A DNA stretch of 64,000 nt from a virus, in IMG/VR virus record IMGVR_UViG_3300045996_001613, positions 19,578-83,577 of that record; one strand, given 5' to 3'. Under the pieces are notes generated by a model. That model did not search any database. It was not told the DNA's origin and was given only the letters and a program-made list of their open reading frames with translations. The position numbers were made by a program, and so were the translations under genes. Positions 32,790 to 41,967 of this stretch are shown in pieces (within the stretch, counting starts at the first letter, position 1; the number at the start of each line of letters is the position of its first letter).

Positions 32790-33388
32790 TACCACTCCCT
32801 CAGCCTGACCTGTGCAGCCCAATCGAGCACAGTGATGTGTATATGGTAGTCATGCCTCGCGTCAGACCCCGCGGGTCCCGGCGGCGAGCCCTCCCACCAC
32901 GTCTGGAACGTCACCGGGTTACGCACCCACATGCGACCCCGGTATATCGCCCACCAGATGTCCGGGGGGCTCTCATCGTTGAAGATATGCGACCACACCG
33001 CGGCACCTACATCTAGGGGCAGTGGATCTCCACGCCCCCCAAACCCCCATATGTCGTAGGAGGTCATATCCCTGTTCCACTCCGGCGGGTGTTGGAAGTA
33101 CGTGTTTGCCCATATCTTGCCCTTGAATTGAGGCAGGTTCACCAGTTGGTGCAGATAGCTCTCGACGTCCGGGGGTCGCCAGTTGTAGTTCGTGGGGTGC
33201 GCCTTTACATACGGACCCGCGGTCGACCCGTCCTTACCCACACCGGGCTGCAAGATCACGGCCCGACGCCGCAGCGCCGCGTGCGTGTCTTCCTGCTGCT
33301 TGCGCTGTCTATTTCTGCGCTGTTTCAGGTTGCGCTTGCGCTGCTGGCGACGTAGTACGCGCTTCTGGCGCTTGGTAACCACTGCTAC
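32789..33388 (-). CDS. Putative M15-like zinc peptidase (cell-wall hydrolase)
   Basis: H..(x7)..D (QHPP..SYDIW) and RHDYHIHI; highly basic N-terminus; start uncertain (track 33424). Confidence 0.55.
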   Translation of the reverse strand, partial: VAVVTKRQKRVLRRQQRKRNLKQRRNRQRKQQEDTHAALRRRAVILQPGVGKDGSTAGPYVKAHPTNYNWRPPDVESYLHQLVNLPQFKGKIWANTYFQHPPEWNRDMTSYDIWGFGGRGDPLPLDVGAAVWSHIFNDESPPDIWWAIYRGRMWVRNPVTFQTWWEGSPPGPAGSDARHDYHIHITVLDWAAQVRLREW

Positions 33389-34071
33389 GCAGCCTTGGGC
33401 TCCGTTGAGGAGCAGCCTGTCCATCCAGAGAGATAGGAGAGTTCCCGCATGGTGCGATCATGCATGTACACGATGCCGCCGTCCCCGTAGTCCGTTCCCC
33501 ACGAGTTCTGGAATATCCAGATAGTGTTTCCGTCATGGAGTACGTAGAATCCTATGCAAAGTATCGCATGTCCTCCAACGAGAGGTCCGGTGGGGTAAAT
33601 GAAGTTGTACCGATCCGGCTCGTACATCCCGTCGAACCAGCGCATCGTCATGACCACTGGCCCCTTGTTCATTCTCATCCAGAGCTTTACGTCGTCGAGT
33701 GTTCTTGCCCACACGAATCTCTCGATGTATCCATAGCCGCGATAGATCTTCGCGCCCGCCTGATTACTGGTCCCCTCTTCTGGGGGCGTGTCGGCAAACT
33801 CGTCTATCGCTTGCGCCTCGGGATAGAAGCGGAAGGCGTCCTCGTCGGTCAGGAGCGTCGCGGGCACGCGAGGCCCCGCGTTGATCTTGTGCGCCCATGC
33901 AAAGAGCACACAGGCCCCCTCCTGACCCTGATTCAGAGTGGGTCCGGGATCGTAGAATGGTGACGTCTGTATAGTGGCGGTCGCGGGGAACTCCGCGGCC
34001 ATGAGATAGTTTAGAGCACGCTCATCTACAACGTACTTCGCTCCCAATCCTTTACGTCCACGTTTACTCAT
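33385..34071 (-). CDS. Papain-like (C1) cysteine peptidase
   Basis: NQGQEGACV, GGHAI, QNSWG. Confidence 0.88.
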   Translation of the reverse strand: MSKRGRKGLGAKYVVDERALNYLMAAEFPATATIQTSPFYDPGPTLNQGQEGACVLFAWAHKINAGPRVPATLLTDEDAFRFYPEAQAIDEFADTPPEEGTSNQAGAKIYRGYGYIERFVWARTLDDVKLWMRMNKGPVVMTMRWFDGMYEPDRYNFIYPTGPLVGGHAILCIGFYVLHDGNTIWIFQNSWGTDYGDGGIVYMHDRTMRELSYLSGWTGCSSTEPKAA

Positions 34072-34077
34072 AATGGT

Positions 34078-34086
34078 ATTGTACCA
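34078..34086 (-). promoter_or_regulatory. Extended -10 TGGTACAAT giving a leaderless mRNA
   Basis: 6 nt between TACAAT and ATG 34071; no SD. Confidence 0.6.
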
Positions 34087-34105
34087 ACCTTTGCTTTTAT
34101 TGTAA

Positions 34106-34558
34106 CTAAGAGCCGTTCCTTCGTTCTCTTTGCCTCGCTATGTACATGTACCACCGTCGACGATAGTTTCGTATCCCCAAAAGTATCACGAACAGTAGAA
34201 TCTGGATCGCGCCCATAAGCATCTCGGTACTTATGAGTAGAGAAGATATAAATATGGCACGGTCCTCTCCCGACTCGGTAGTGGGAGGGATCATAATCGC
34301 GATCAGTCCCGCGGAGGTAATAACCAGATCCATAGGAACAAAGACCACGGACATAATGAACAAGCGAAAGGACAGGAATATAGAGCTATCACTTAGTATT
34401 TTCTCGGACTCCGTGGGCATGTCCGCTAATAGTCCAGCCCTCTCAGCAAGGTTTACTTGCCACTCTTCCCATGCTAGCAAGGGGATTATGACAGAAAGTA
34501 TCAGGAGTAGGAATCCTATGCCTGTCCATGTATACGCGAGATAATCTGTTGCAGTCAC
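34106..34558 (-). CDS. Membrane protein (3 TM)
   Basis: Three hydrophobic helices and a basic tail. Confidence 0.75.
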   Translation of the reverse strand: MTATDYLAYTWTGIGFLLLILSVIIPLLAWEEWQVNLAERAGLLADMPTESEKILSDSSIFLSFRLFIMSVVFVPMDLVITSAGLIAIMIPPTTESGEDRAIFISSLLISTEMLMGAIQILLFVILLGIRNYRRRWYMYIARQRERRNGS

Positions 34559-34824
34559 TACGATCCCTTCTTATCTTTAATTGACGCCTCCTTCGCCAAG
34601 GCTATTTCCCTTATGCGGAGGACGTGCTGCTCAATCCTCTCGGCGCTGGTTTTTACGTTGTTAGTCTCTTTGCGTATTGCTTCTAGGTCTCTCTCGCTTA
34701 GATCGCCCTCTACCTCAAAGGTCTCGAATGCACGGTCTTCTTTGCAGAACAGATACCATACCCCCCCTCCTATAGACATTCCGAAGACCAAAATCGCAAT
34801 GATTTGAAATATAACTATCGTCAC
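34558..34824 (-). CDS. Membrane-anchored coiled-coil protein
   Basis: N-terminal TM plus heptads. Confidence 0.7.
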   Translation of the reverse strand: MTIVIFQIIAILVFGMSIGGGVWYLFCKEDRAFETFEVEGDLSERDLEAIRKETNNVKTSAERIEQHVLRIREIALAKEASIKDKKGS

Positions 34825-35162
34825 TCTGGGCCTCCCTTGCTCAGTCTTCTGACATAAAGATCGGCCAACTCCACTGTAGCCCTCTGTCCCGCTTGGATAG
34901 CGGGTATGATCGAGTCACGATACTGCGCCACCGTCGTTTCCAAGCTGGAAATGCGACTATTCTGGCTATCTATCGTCTTGTCGCGATCTTCTATGCGCTT
35001 GTCCTTCTCTTTATTGAGCAGCCAGAACAAAGCGGCGATGGCCGACAGTATAGGCAAAACCAGCGTGGTAATCAACCACTGCGGAGGGATTGTAAAGCCT
35101 CCGGATGATACTTGGATTAGAAGTCCCACTTGCGCCCCCTCGGTTATCAGGCAGTCTACCAT
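34821..35162 (-). CDS. Membrane-anchored coiled-coil protein
   Basis: TM plus KDKRIEDRDKTIDSQ coil. Confidence 0.7.
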   Translation of the reverse strand: MVDCLITEGAQVGLLIQVSSGGFTIPPQWLITTLVLPILSAIAALFWLLNKEKDKRIEDRDKTIDSQNSRISSLETTVAQYRDSIIPAIQAGQRATVELADLYVRRLSKGGPE

Positions 35163-35178
35163 TTAATAAAACTTAAAA

Positions 35179-36498
35179 CTACGCCTCGCCGCGAATACCA
35201 ACCATTCCCACCAGATCGATGCCTTCCGCGGCAGGAGGAGTGCCTGAGGCGATTGGGGGTAGGGTCAGAGACGTAGTGCTGGTACGCATATTGGTGTTGT
35301 GGCCGGTTGCTGTTCCCGCGGTGACCGTTTGCCAAATAATCTGTATTAACAGATATTCGTTGGCAAATACGACGTCACTAGCAGGCGTGAGTATTGCCGA
35401 GAGGTGAGTGTCCCCGTTCGTCTGTGCAGCGGGCCACGTTACTTGGTCGCTGACCACGTCGGACCCTATCTGTGTGGGGCTGGACCCGGTTGCGCTTGCA
35501 CTTCTGAAAAAGCGCACTCTGATCGAGTGGGCTCCGGCTGACGCGGCGGTCCCCTTGCCGTGCCATAGGAAGTGCCAAGGCTTACCCGCGGGCAACGTCT
35601 TACTCAGTGGACCCACCACGATGCAGTCTCCACGAGCCGCGTCAGGCAAGGATGAGGGTATCGTAGTTACGAAGGAGGCACGAGGGATGATGAAGTTAGA
35701 GTCCATTAGAGCGTATCTGGGAACCGGCGTGCTGTTGCCGTAGTTAAATCCGGTCCCTCCTCCCGCCGAGTCTATCGGACTGTCGTCAGACGTCGAATGG
35801 TGGTTGTTTACTCCCGACTCTACTAATGGGGTAGCCAACCACTTGCGATCTATTGTCTCGGCTTCGGTGTCGGGATGCAGTATGACCGTAAACGCGGACC
35901 ATGCAGATGAAGTGATGGTTATACTGGAGTCTCCACACAGCCCCTCGGAGGCTAGGTTCTCAGAAGCTATCTGGCAGGACCTCACGGCACCATTCTGCTC
36001 CTGATGCACCGTGCCCGTCGCGGGGTCGCCCATAGCGTTAACTGAGTTGCACGCCCATCCCCGTACGAGAAGCGAATTTGCCGCGTAGCTGTACGTGCCG
36101 GGTGCTGTGGCCGTTGTGCTGTTTGCATTTCCCGTTTTGGGCCTAAAGTTTGCAATGGCTCGTGTCACGTGGCAGTTTTGAAAGGCCCCCGCGACCCAAT
36201 TACCTACAGTGGCAGCGCTAATGGTAAAGCTCCAACTGGTCTCTCCGGCCCCAGCTTTACCCCACAGTGCGTAAAAGTTGTTGTTGCCGACGTTCTGCGC
36301 TCGTACTGAGGCCCATCCCGTCGGTTGCACTGTGACAAGAGCAGCGCTGTCCAGTATCAGGAAGGCGACAATCCAGTCCCCCTCTTGTGCACCCGGTACG
36401 CTGACAGCTTGGGTAGTAGAGGAGGCGTTAGACCCCTTGTTGGATGTCCGGAGGGACGGCATTACGCCTCTGTGACGCGGCAGGTGTTTCCGCGGCAT
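35179..36498 (-). CDS. Minor tail/virion protein, beta-rich (start probably near 36465)
   Basis: S/T/A/G-rich; PGAQEGDWIVAF..PTGW pattern; tail context. Confidence 0.7.
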   Translation of the reverse strand: MPRKHLPRHRGVMPSLRTSNKGSNASSTTQAVSVPGAQEGDWIVAFLILDSAALVTVQPTGWASVRAQNVGNNNFYALWGKAGAGETSWSFTISAATVGNWVAGAFQNCHVTRAIANFRPKTGNANSTTATAPGTYSYAANSLLVRGWACNSVNAMGDPATGTVHQEQNGAVRSCQIASENLASEGLCGDSSITITSSAWSAFTVILHPDTEAETIDRKWLATPLVESGVNNHHSTSDDSPIDSAGGGTGFNYGNSTPVPRYALMDSNFIIPRASFVTTIPSSLPDAARGDCIVVGPLSKTLPAGKPWHFLWHGKGTAASAGAHSIRVRFFRSASATGSSPTQIGSDVVSDQVTWPAAQTNGDTHLSAILTPASDVVFANEYLLIQIIWQTVTAGTATGHNTNMRTSTTSLTLPPIASGTPPAAEGIDLVGMVGIRGEA

Positions 36499-37760
36499 GT
36501 AACCATCGAGTTCAGTATGGGCTGGAGCCAGGACTTAACCTGCTGGCCCTCTGCAGTATTGACAATGTTGGTCAACTCGTAGGGGTCCGCGTCGTCCCCG
36601 CCTATATCAAAGATCAGAATGGGCTCAGTTTTATTGGAGCGCTGAATGTAGGCGTACGCTTCGTTGGTTTGGTAGTCCATTGTACGGAGCATTTTCCAGC
36701 CTGATCCCGTAGATTCAATTAACACCTTGGTGCGCCAATCAGTAGGTACAACACCCGAGAAGGTGGGCACTAGGCTGCGCCCGTCCCAATCGGACCACGA
36801 GGCCCCTGCGAGGTCTGCAATGGTCGTAGGTATGTCTATGTGGGAGACTAGGGCAGGGCTCTTGACTCCCGCGGGAATCGTGGGACCCGTCGCGGTAAAC
36901 GGAATCTTTACGGTTTCGTTCCACCACTTATCTTTCTGGTACTGGTCGTGCTCGCCTAGCAGATAGCCGTTGTCGGCAACGTGTATTACGTAGGTGTTCT
37001 CCAGTTGTCCATTAGCCGCCAGACTGGTGTAGATGCGGTCGATAGCCTCATCCAACTCCTGCACCTCCTCCAGCTTCCCTTCTTGTACCTGCTGCTGGGC
37101 CTCCCTCTCCGCGGGGCTCATCCCCGTCATGTTGGGGGTGATGGCTAAGGGAGTATCATCATGCAGGTGTTCGTACTCGGGCTCCGGCTTGTACGGGCTG
37201 TGAGGGCTTAGGTACGAAGCCGTGATAAAGAAGGGCTCGGGCCGGGTTGACTGCTGATTAAGAAACGACTCCACCCTGCTAGTGATAAGCTCAGAGCTAT
37301 AGTGAGGCGGCTGGGCGAAGGTCCTAACTGTGCCAAACTCATTAAAGGTGTGAGACGGCTCGGTGTCGACAATCTTGTTTGCATGCACGAACCATGCACT
37401 CTGATCGTAGCCGGGGGGCAGGTCCAAGGGCATGTTGAAGTAACCGTTTTGGATCTTGCCAAAGTATCCCACTCGATACCCCATCGACTGCAACCGAGTG
37501 GCGGGAGTGTCGAGCAGTAGCCCCTTACTCTTTCCTGCAGAGTATCCGGTGTCCGTGTTGACTGTAACCCGGTGGGTGTGCTGGTGTTTGCCACAGATCA
37601 TCGTCCATCGCGTCGGTGTGCACAGAGGGGTCGAGCAAAACCCGTTATCGTAGTCTATGCCGCCGTCCACCATGTGATGAAACTTCTTGGGCATGACGTC
37701 GCGATGGTGGGTGTACTTCTTGGGATCATCGTCGGAAATCAACAGTACTATGTTGAACAT
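36462..37760 (-). CDS. Formylglycine-dependent sulfatase
   Basis: NIVLLISDD, CTPTR (CxPxR), GYRVGYFGK, SPHSP, ADNGY..GEH..K. Confidence 0.92.
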   Translation of the reverse strand: MFNIVLLISDDDPKKYTHHRDVMPKKFHHMVDGGIDYDNGFCSTPLCTPTRWTMICGKHQHTHRVTVNTDTGYSAGKSKGLLLDTPATRLQSMGYRVGYFGKIQNGYFNMPLDLPPGYDQSAWFVHANKIVDTEPSHTFNEFGTVRTFAQPPHYSSELITSRVESFLNQQSTRPEPFFITASYLSPHSPYKPEPEYEHLHDDTPLAITPNMTGMSPAEREAQQQVQEGKLEEVQELDEAIDRIYTSLAANGQLENTYVIHVADNGYLLGEHDQYQKDKWWNETVKIPFTATGPTIPAGVKSPALVSHIDIPTTIADLAGASWSDWDGRSLVPTFSGVVPTDWRTKVLIESTGSGWKMLRTMDYQTNEAYAYIQRSNKTEPILIFDIGGDDADPYELTNIVNTAEGQQVKSWLQPILNSMVTCRGNTCRVTEA

Positions 37761-37791
37761 GTTGCACCTTTCTTTGGTATATGTGTTTGGT

Positions 37792-38844
37792 TTAGTAGGT
37801 TCCCCTCACCTTCACGGTGAGATTGGCACCCGTCGTGCCGGTCCCTACTTGGTCTATGTCACAGGTGATTATCGACCCTACCCCCGGCTGCGTAATGTCC
37901 GGCAGGGCAGCGTTCACGCGATAGTTTCCCGCGGGAGTTATAGCCGGTCGATTGCCCTGCGTAGTGTACAGAGTAGTCTTTGCCCCCGTGCTCAGGTTGA
38001 CCGAGTTTATATCCACAATCACATTTTGAGTGGTCGGCTTGGTATCACAGTAGATAGACACCTCTGTGATAGTGGGCGTACCGCTGTTGGGCAGGTGCTC
38101 CCCACCCACTCCGACTTGCGTTGCGAGGTTGCCTCCATAGAAAAACGTTGCATTCCACTCTCGGGTAGTGGGTGCCCTCGCGTCTGATAGCCTAGAATCG
38201 TTTCCTGCCGCGGCCTGCTGCGCCCCGGTGCCGAGGGTACGGAACGAGGGTATTGCTGCCGCCGCGTCAGAGGGGAGGCGTACCCATCTGCCGACTCCTG
38301 CCCCGCCATAGTTCGCGTCCCACACTAGAAGGGCTCGGCTGTTGGGGGAGAACTGCCCTCCGCCAACTACTCGACTGGTAGCCTCGGTTGCGTTCAGGGA
38401 AAGGGTGAAGGCAGAACGGTTGACCACGTGTATGAATTGACCGTCAAATCCCCCCGCGTCAACTGTTACGCCGGTCCTGTCTGCGGTGGCTGTGACAAGT
38501 ATTACGCCGTCGGTTCCTACCGCTATGGCTCCCGAGGCCGCAATGGTCTGCAGGGCTCGTACCGAGGGGCGTACCGGATCTGCGCCTCCCCATCCGTGGC
38601 TAGATCCGTGGCTAGTGGGCGTTCTCGCGTCTGACAGCCTAGAATCGTTCCCCGCCGCGGCCTGTTGAGCACCAGTACCGAGAGTGCGAAGGGAGCCGGT
38701 GGCTGCAGCCGCGTCCACGGCCATTGCGTCTCCCCCTCCCGGCTGGTGCGACGAAGCGTGGGAAGCGGGTGCTTCGCCAGCCTTACTTAGGTTGACCCCG
38801 TTGTGCGTAGGACGATCTGGACCAAAGAAGTCGTGATCACCCAT
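37792..38844 (-). CDS. Tail fibre-like protein with an internal repeat
   Basis: RTLGTGAQQAAAGNDSRLSDAR occurs twice; HASSH motifs. Confidence 0.7.
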   Translation of the reverse strand: MGDHDFFGPDRPTHNGVNLSKAGEAPASHASSHQPGGGDAMAVDAAAATGSLRTLGTGAQQAAAGNDSRLSDARTPTSHGSSHGWGGADPVRPSVRALQTIAASGAIAVGTDGVILVTATADRTGVTVDAGGFDGQFIHVVNRSAFTLSLNATEATSRVVGGGQFSPNSRALLVWDANYGGAGVGRWVRLPSDAAAAIPSFRTLGTGAQQAAAGNDSRLSDARAPTTREWNATFFYGGNLATQVGVGGEHLPNSGTPTITEVSIYCDTKPTTQNVIVDINSVNLSTGAKTTLYTTQGNRPAITPAGNYRVNAALPDITQPGVGSIITCDIDQVGTGTTGANLTVKVRGTY

Positions 38845-39642
38845 TTATCCGCCTAGTATTACAACGCGAAACTGGTCCGTAGTGGGAGCCGTGCCATACA
38901 TCAGGCGCACTGTGTTCGTGTCCGGTCGACGGACTCCCGGCTGGGCCGAGGCCCACGGGGTAGAGTTGTAGTACACCTCTACCCCGACATCCCTAGATCC
39001 GAAGTTGTGGGTGATGTCTATCTGGGTCGCGGACCCGTTGCCCACATTTGAGGCAAACTTCTTGGCCCTCGCGTTTATCAGGTTCGTGATGGTGGTGGAG
39101 AAGTTGGCATCGTCCCCTAGGGCCGCGGCTAACTCGTTTAGTGTATCGAGGGTGCCGGGAGACGAATCCACGAGGTTCGATATCGCGGTGTCTACATAGC
39201 TTTCCGAGGCCAAGTTCGCGACGGCTGTAGCAATCTGTCCGAACGCCGCGGCGTCCGTATTTGCCGTGCCGTTTGCGAGGTTGACAATCTTCTGTGAGTT
39301 AAGGTCAACACTAGCCGTGGGGTCAGCCATGTCCGACCATTTCTGCGCTAGTACTGCCGTCGCGAAGTCCGAGATGGTCGCGGCAAGCTGTGATCCCGTA
39401 TGGTTGGCTCGCGCCAGATAGTACGTGCCGTCCTGACCGTCCAAGGTCTCCGCATCCCCGCCGCCTCCCGCGGTGCCAAGTGTTATAACGGTGCTCCCGT
39501 CATACACCTTGACCGCGTTGGCCGAGGAGTCCCACCAGATCGACCCCTCCGTAGGCGTGCCGTGGTTTCCCGCGATAAGCTGGAGAACCAAGTTTAGCGC
39601 CTGATGCTTGTTGAACTCTACATTATAAAGAAACTCTGTCAT
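38845..39642 (-). CDS. Tail fibre/minor tail protein
   Basis: YLARANHTG, SPGTLDTLNELAAALGDD, ITHNFG motifs. Confidence 0.75.
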   Translation of the reverse strand: MTEFLYNVEFNKHQALNLVLQLIAGNHGTPTEGSIWWDSSANAVKVYDGSTVITLGTAGGGGDAETLDGQDGTYYLARANHTGSQLAATISDFATAVLAQKWSDMADPTASVDLNSQKIVNLANGTANTDAAAFGQIATAVANLASESYVDTAISNLVDSSPGTLDTLNELAAALGDDANFSTTITNLINARAKKFASNVGNGSATQIDITHNFGSRDVGVEVYYNSTPWASAQPGVRRPDTNTVRLMYGTAPTTDQFRVVILGG

Positions 39643-39654
39643 GATCCCTTTCCC

Positions 39655-40068
39655 CTAGTTACAGGACGCGGTACCGCTAAATGGTGCGCTAAAGTACAAC
39701 GTCAATTGGTTGGAACTGTTGAATACAACCCGTCCCTCCACCTTTTTCCCCGACGAATCCATTACAGTTACCGCGGGATATTTACCTAGATTGTGATTGA
39801 CGGTCCATGTGGCAGATGCAGCACCCTGCTCGTGCAGGTATTCCGCGTCTCCTCCGCCTCCGCCTTCCCCCTCGGCTACCGCTTCCCATGCGGAGCCCGT
39901 CCACACCTTGAGGGTAAGGCCCACCCCATCGTCAATCCAGAAGTTTACTTGCGAGGGGTCGGGCGCAACGTTACCCTGATACAGTTTACCACGAGTTCCG
40001 TCTGCCAATGCATAGATAGGCATGTCGTCGAAGTTGCCGGCACGCGCTATTACCTTCCCCTCGGTCAT
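39655..40068 (-). CDS. Minor tail protein
   Basis: TWTVNHNLGKYPAVTV motif. Confidence 0.7.
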   Translation of the reverse strand: MTEGKVIARAGNFDDMPIYALADGTRGKLYQGNVAPDPSQVNFWIDDGVGLTLKVWTGSAWEAVAEGEGGGGGDAEYLHEQGAASATWTVNHNLGKYPAVTVMDSSGKKVEGRVVFNSSNQLTLYFSAPFSGTASCN

Positions 40069-40418
40069 TACGCCTTCCTTGCTTCCGCGGTTATGAGCAC
40101 GAGGTCCACTGGACGGTAGTCGTCGGACGTTCTACCCTCAATATCTATGAGGTACTTGCCCTTGCCCTTGTCGAGCAAAATGCGGAATCTCCACTCTCCG
40201 GGCCGGTCGGTGGGCTCTACGTCCCCATCCGTCAGGGTAAATACCTCCTGCGTCTTGTCCGGGTAAGTGACGGTGACGATGATCTCAGATACCTGAGCAC
40301 CCGACAGCCACGCGGGATCGTTGGGACTCTCCTCCCGGTCGGGCTTCTCCGGGCTAATGCGCCTATCCCACATCTCCCATCGTACAGTTTGCGTCTCGTT
40401 TACGTATTGCTTTGCCAT
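40068..40418 (-). CDS. Minor tail protein (Ig-like)
   Basis: Beta-strand pattern; tail operon. Confidence 0.65.
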   Translation of the reverse strand: MAKQYVNETQTVRWEMWDRRISPEKPDREESPNDPAWLSGAQVSEIIVTVTYPDKTQEVFTLTDGDVEPTDRPGEWRFRILLDKGKGKYLIDIEGRTSDDYRPVDLVLITAEARKA

Positions 40419-40760
40419 CTATTCCCCCGGCTCCAGTGTGGCCTCGCCGCTGATCTCCTGAAATATCTCTATATCAGACCCAATCTCATTGTCATGAGTC
40501 GCGGTTGCTGCTATCTCCTGATCCACCACGGCACTACCCTCCAATTCCCCGAACATCTCCGCGGACATCGCGGGCTGCTCCGGCGTATCTATCTCGACGG
40601 GAACCCACACTACCGGCTGGTCGTCCTCGTTGTACTCCACCAGCCCAACCGCGGGCCGGACCACCACCTGCCCGTCTTCATTCTCGTAGGCCGCGTACGA
40701 GTCCTCTGTGCGTATTACTACCTGACCCTGCGCGTTTAGCCACGTATACGGATCGGGCAT
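40419..40760 (-). CDS. Acidic hypothetical virion protein
   Basis: NxxGQ(V/P)VV-like repeat three times; coupled. Confidence 0.65.
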   Translation of the reverse strand: MPDPYTWLNAQGQVVIRTEDSYAAYENEDGQVVVRPAVGLVEYNEDDQPVVWVPVEIDTPEQPAMSAEMFGELEGSAVVDQEIAATATHDNEIGSDIEIFQEISGEATLEPGE

Positions 40761-41410
40761 TACAGCCTCACAATACGGTTTGGCCCCTCGTCAAATATGT
40801 ACACCTTGTCCGTGCCATTGAGGGTCATGGGGAATCCGGAGTTGACGACACGAGGCATCGCGACCGAATTGACCGCGACCGGGGCCGGGAGCGCGTCCAC
40901 GGACACACTGCGAGACCCGACCGTCGCGGCGGCGGAGAGTGTCGCAGTCACTCCCCCTCCGAAGTCTAACACGGTCCCATCGGCAAGGGAACCGGAGAGC
41001 CGGTCTACCTTCAGCGTAGTATCCCCGGCACTCGCGGCCTCCGCGACGATCACCGGGTATTTACCGTCGAGGTACATCAGTATCGGGCTAGTGCTGTCGA
41101 TGGGCGCACCCGTCCCGATCCTGCGAAAGATCACGATGCCCTCCGCGGGAGTGGCGCTAGTCGGTACGCTAGGAAAGAGCAGGTCATTCGCGTCCAAGGC
41201 ACCGTTGACCACACTGCGCCCTGACATGAGGATCTTGTCGTTCGTTACTGCACTGGAGGTAAAGTGTGGAGACACCGAACTGACAAATTCATGGTTCGCG
41301 TAGTCTGGTACATAGGTACCCCGTACCAATGCAGCCCAAATAGTAGAGGTCACCCAATTCGTGTCACCATTCAGTAGTTTGCTCGCGCCTTTACGGTATA
41401 GACCACTCAC
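40760..41410 (-). CDS. Minor tail protein
   Basis: TAGTG coupling suggests start 41410 (track 41446); GALDANDLLF. Confidence 0.7.
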   Translation of the reverse strand: MSGLYRKGASKLLNGDTNWVTSTIWAALVRGTYVPDYANHEFVSSVSPHFTSSAVTNDKILMSGRSVVNGALDANDLLFPSVPTSATPAEGIVIFRRIGTGAPIDSTSPILMYLDGKYPVIVAEAASAGDTTLKVDRLSGSLADGTVLDFGGGVTATLSAAATVGSRSVSVDALPAPVAVNSVAMPRVVNSGFPMTLNGTDKVYIFDEGPNRIVRL

Positions 41411-41964
41411 TACGGTACCTCCAATATCGCGGTAACCCAGCACCACACGCCGGGGTCGGTGTCCTCTTCGATATCGCCCGGAGAAGGACCCGAACCCTGG
41501 ATCTCTTGTCCCGCGTGTAGAATCTTTCGCGTCGGTTGCAATACGGCTCCTCGTGAGGGTATCTCGGTAGTATGGATGGGATACTGCCCAAAATATAGCT
41601 TGGGGGTCGCGGCAGCGGGCGTATCGTTGAACAACTCGTACTCAATGATGAATAAACGACATCCCGCGGGCACGACATACAATACCTCGGCGTATGGCTC
41701 GGTCTGTTCCGTGTTTTCAACCGGCAGCACGCCCTTAAACGCGGCTATTCCGTGGTCTCCCGAGCCATTGCTCGGCGGCGGTGCGTCTGTATAGAGGGTG
41801 CGATCAATATATATGGGTGCGTTACCCGAGCCCCCGCCTATCGTGCGCATAGCAAATGTGCCTAGGTGGTAGTCGGGCAGAGGATCGTAGGTGAATTGAA
41901 GGGGGCTTCCACGCACTATGGCGGAGGAAACTGACCTCGTGGGTTTCGTCCCAAAATCTGTCAT
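41410..41964 (-). CDS. Minor tail protein
   Basis: LYVVPAG..ILHAGQEIQG jelly-roll-like C-terminus. Confidence 0.7.
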   Translation of the reverse strand: MTDFGTKPTRSVSSAIVRGSPLQFTYDPLPDYHLGTFAMRTIGGGSGNAPIYIDRTLYTDAPPPSNGSGDHGIAAFKGVLPVENTEQTEPYAEVLYVVPAGCRLFIIEYELFNDTPAAATPKLYFGQYPIHTTEIPSRGAVLQPTRKILHAGQEIQGSGPSPGDIEEDTDPGVWCWVTAILEVP

Positions 41965-41967
41965 GCG

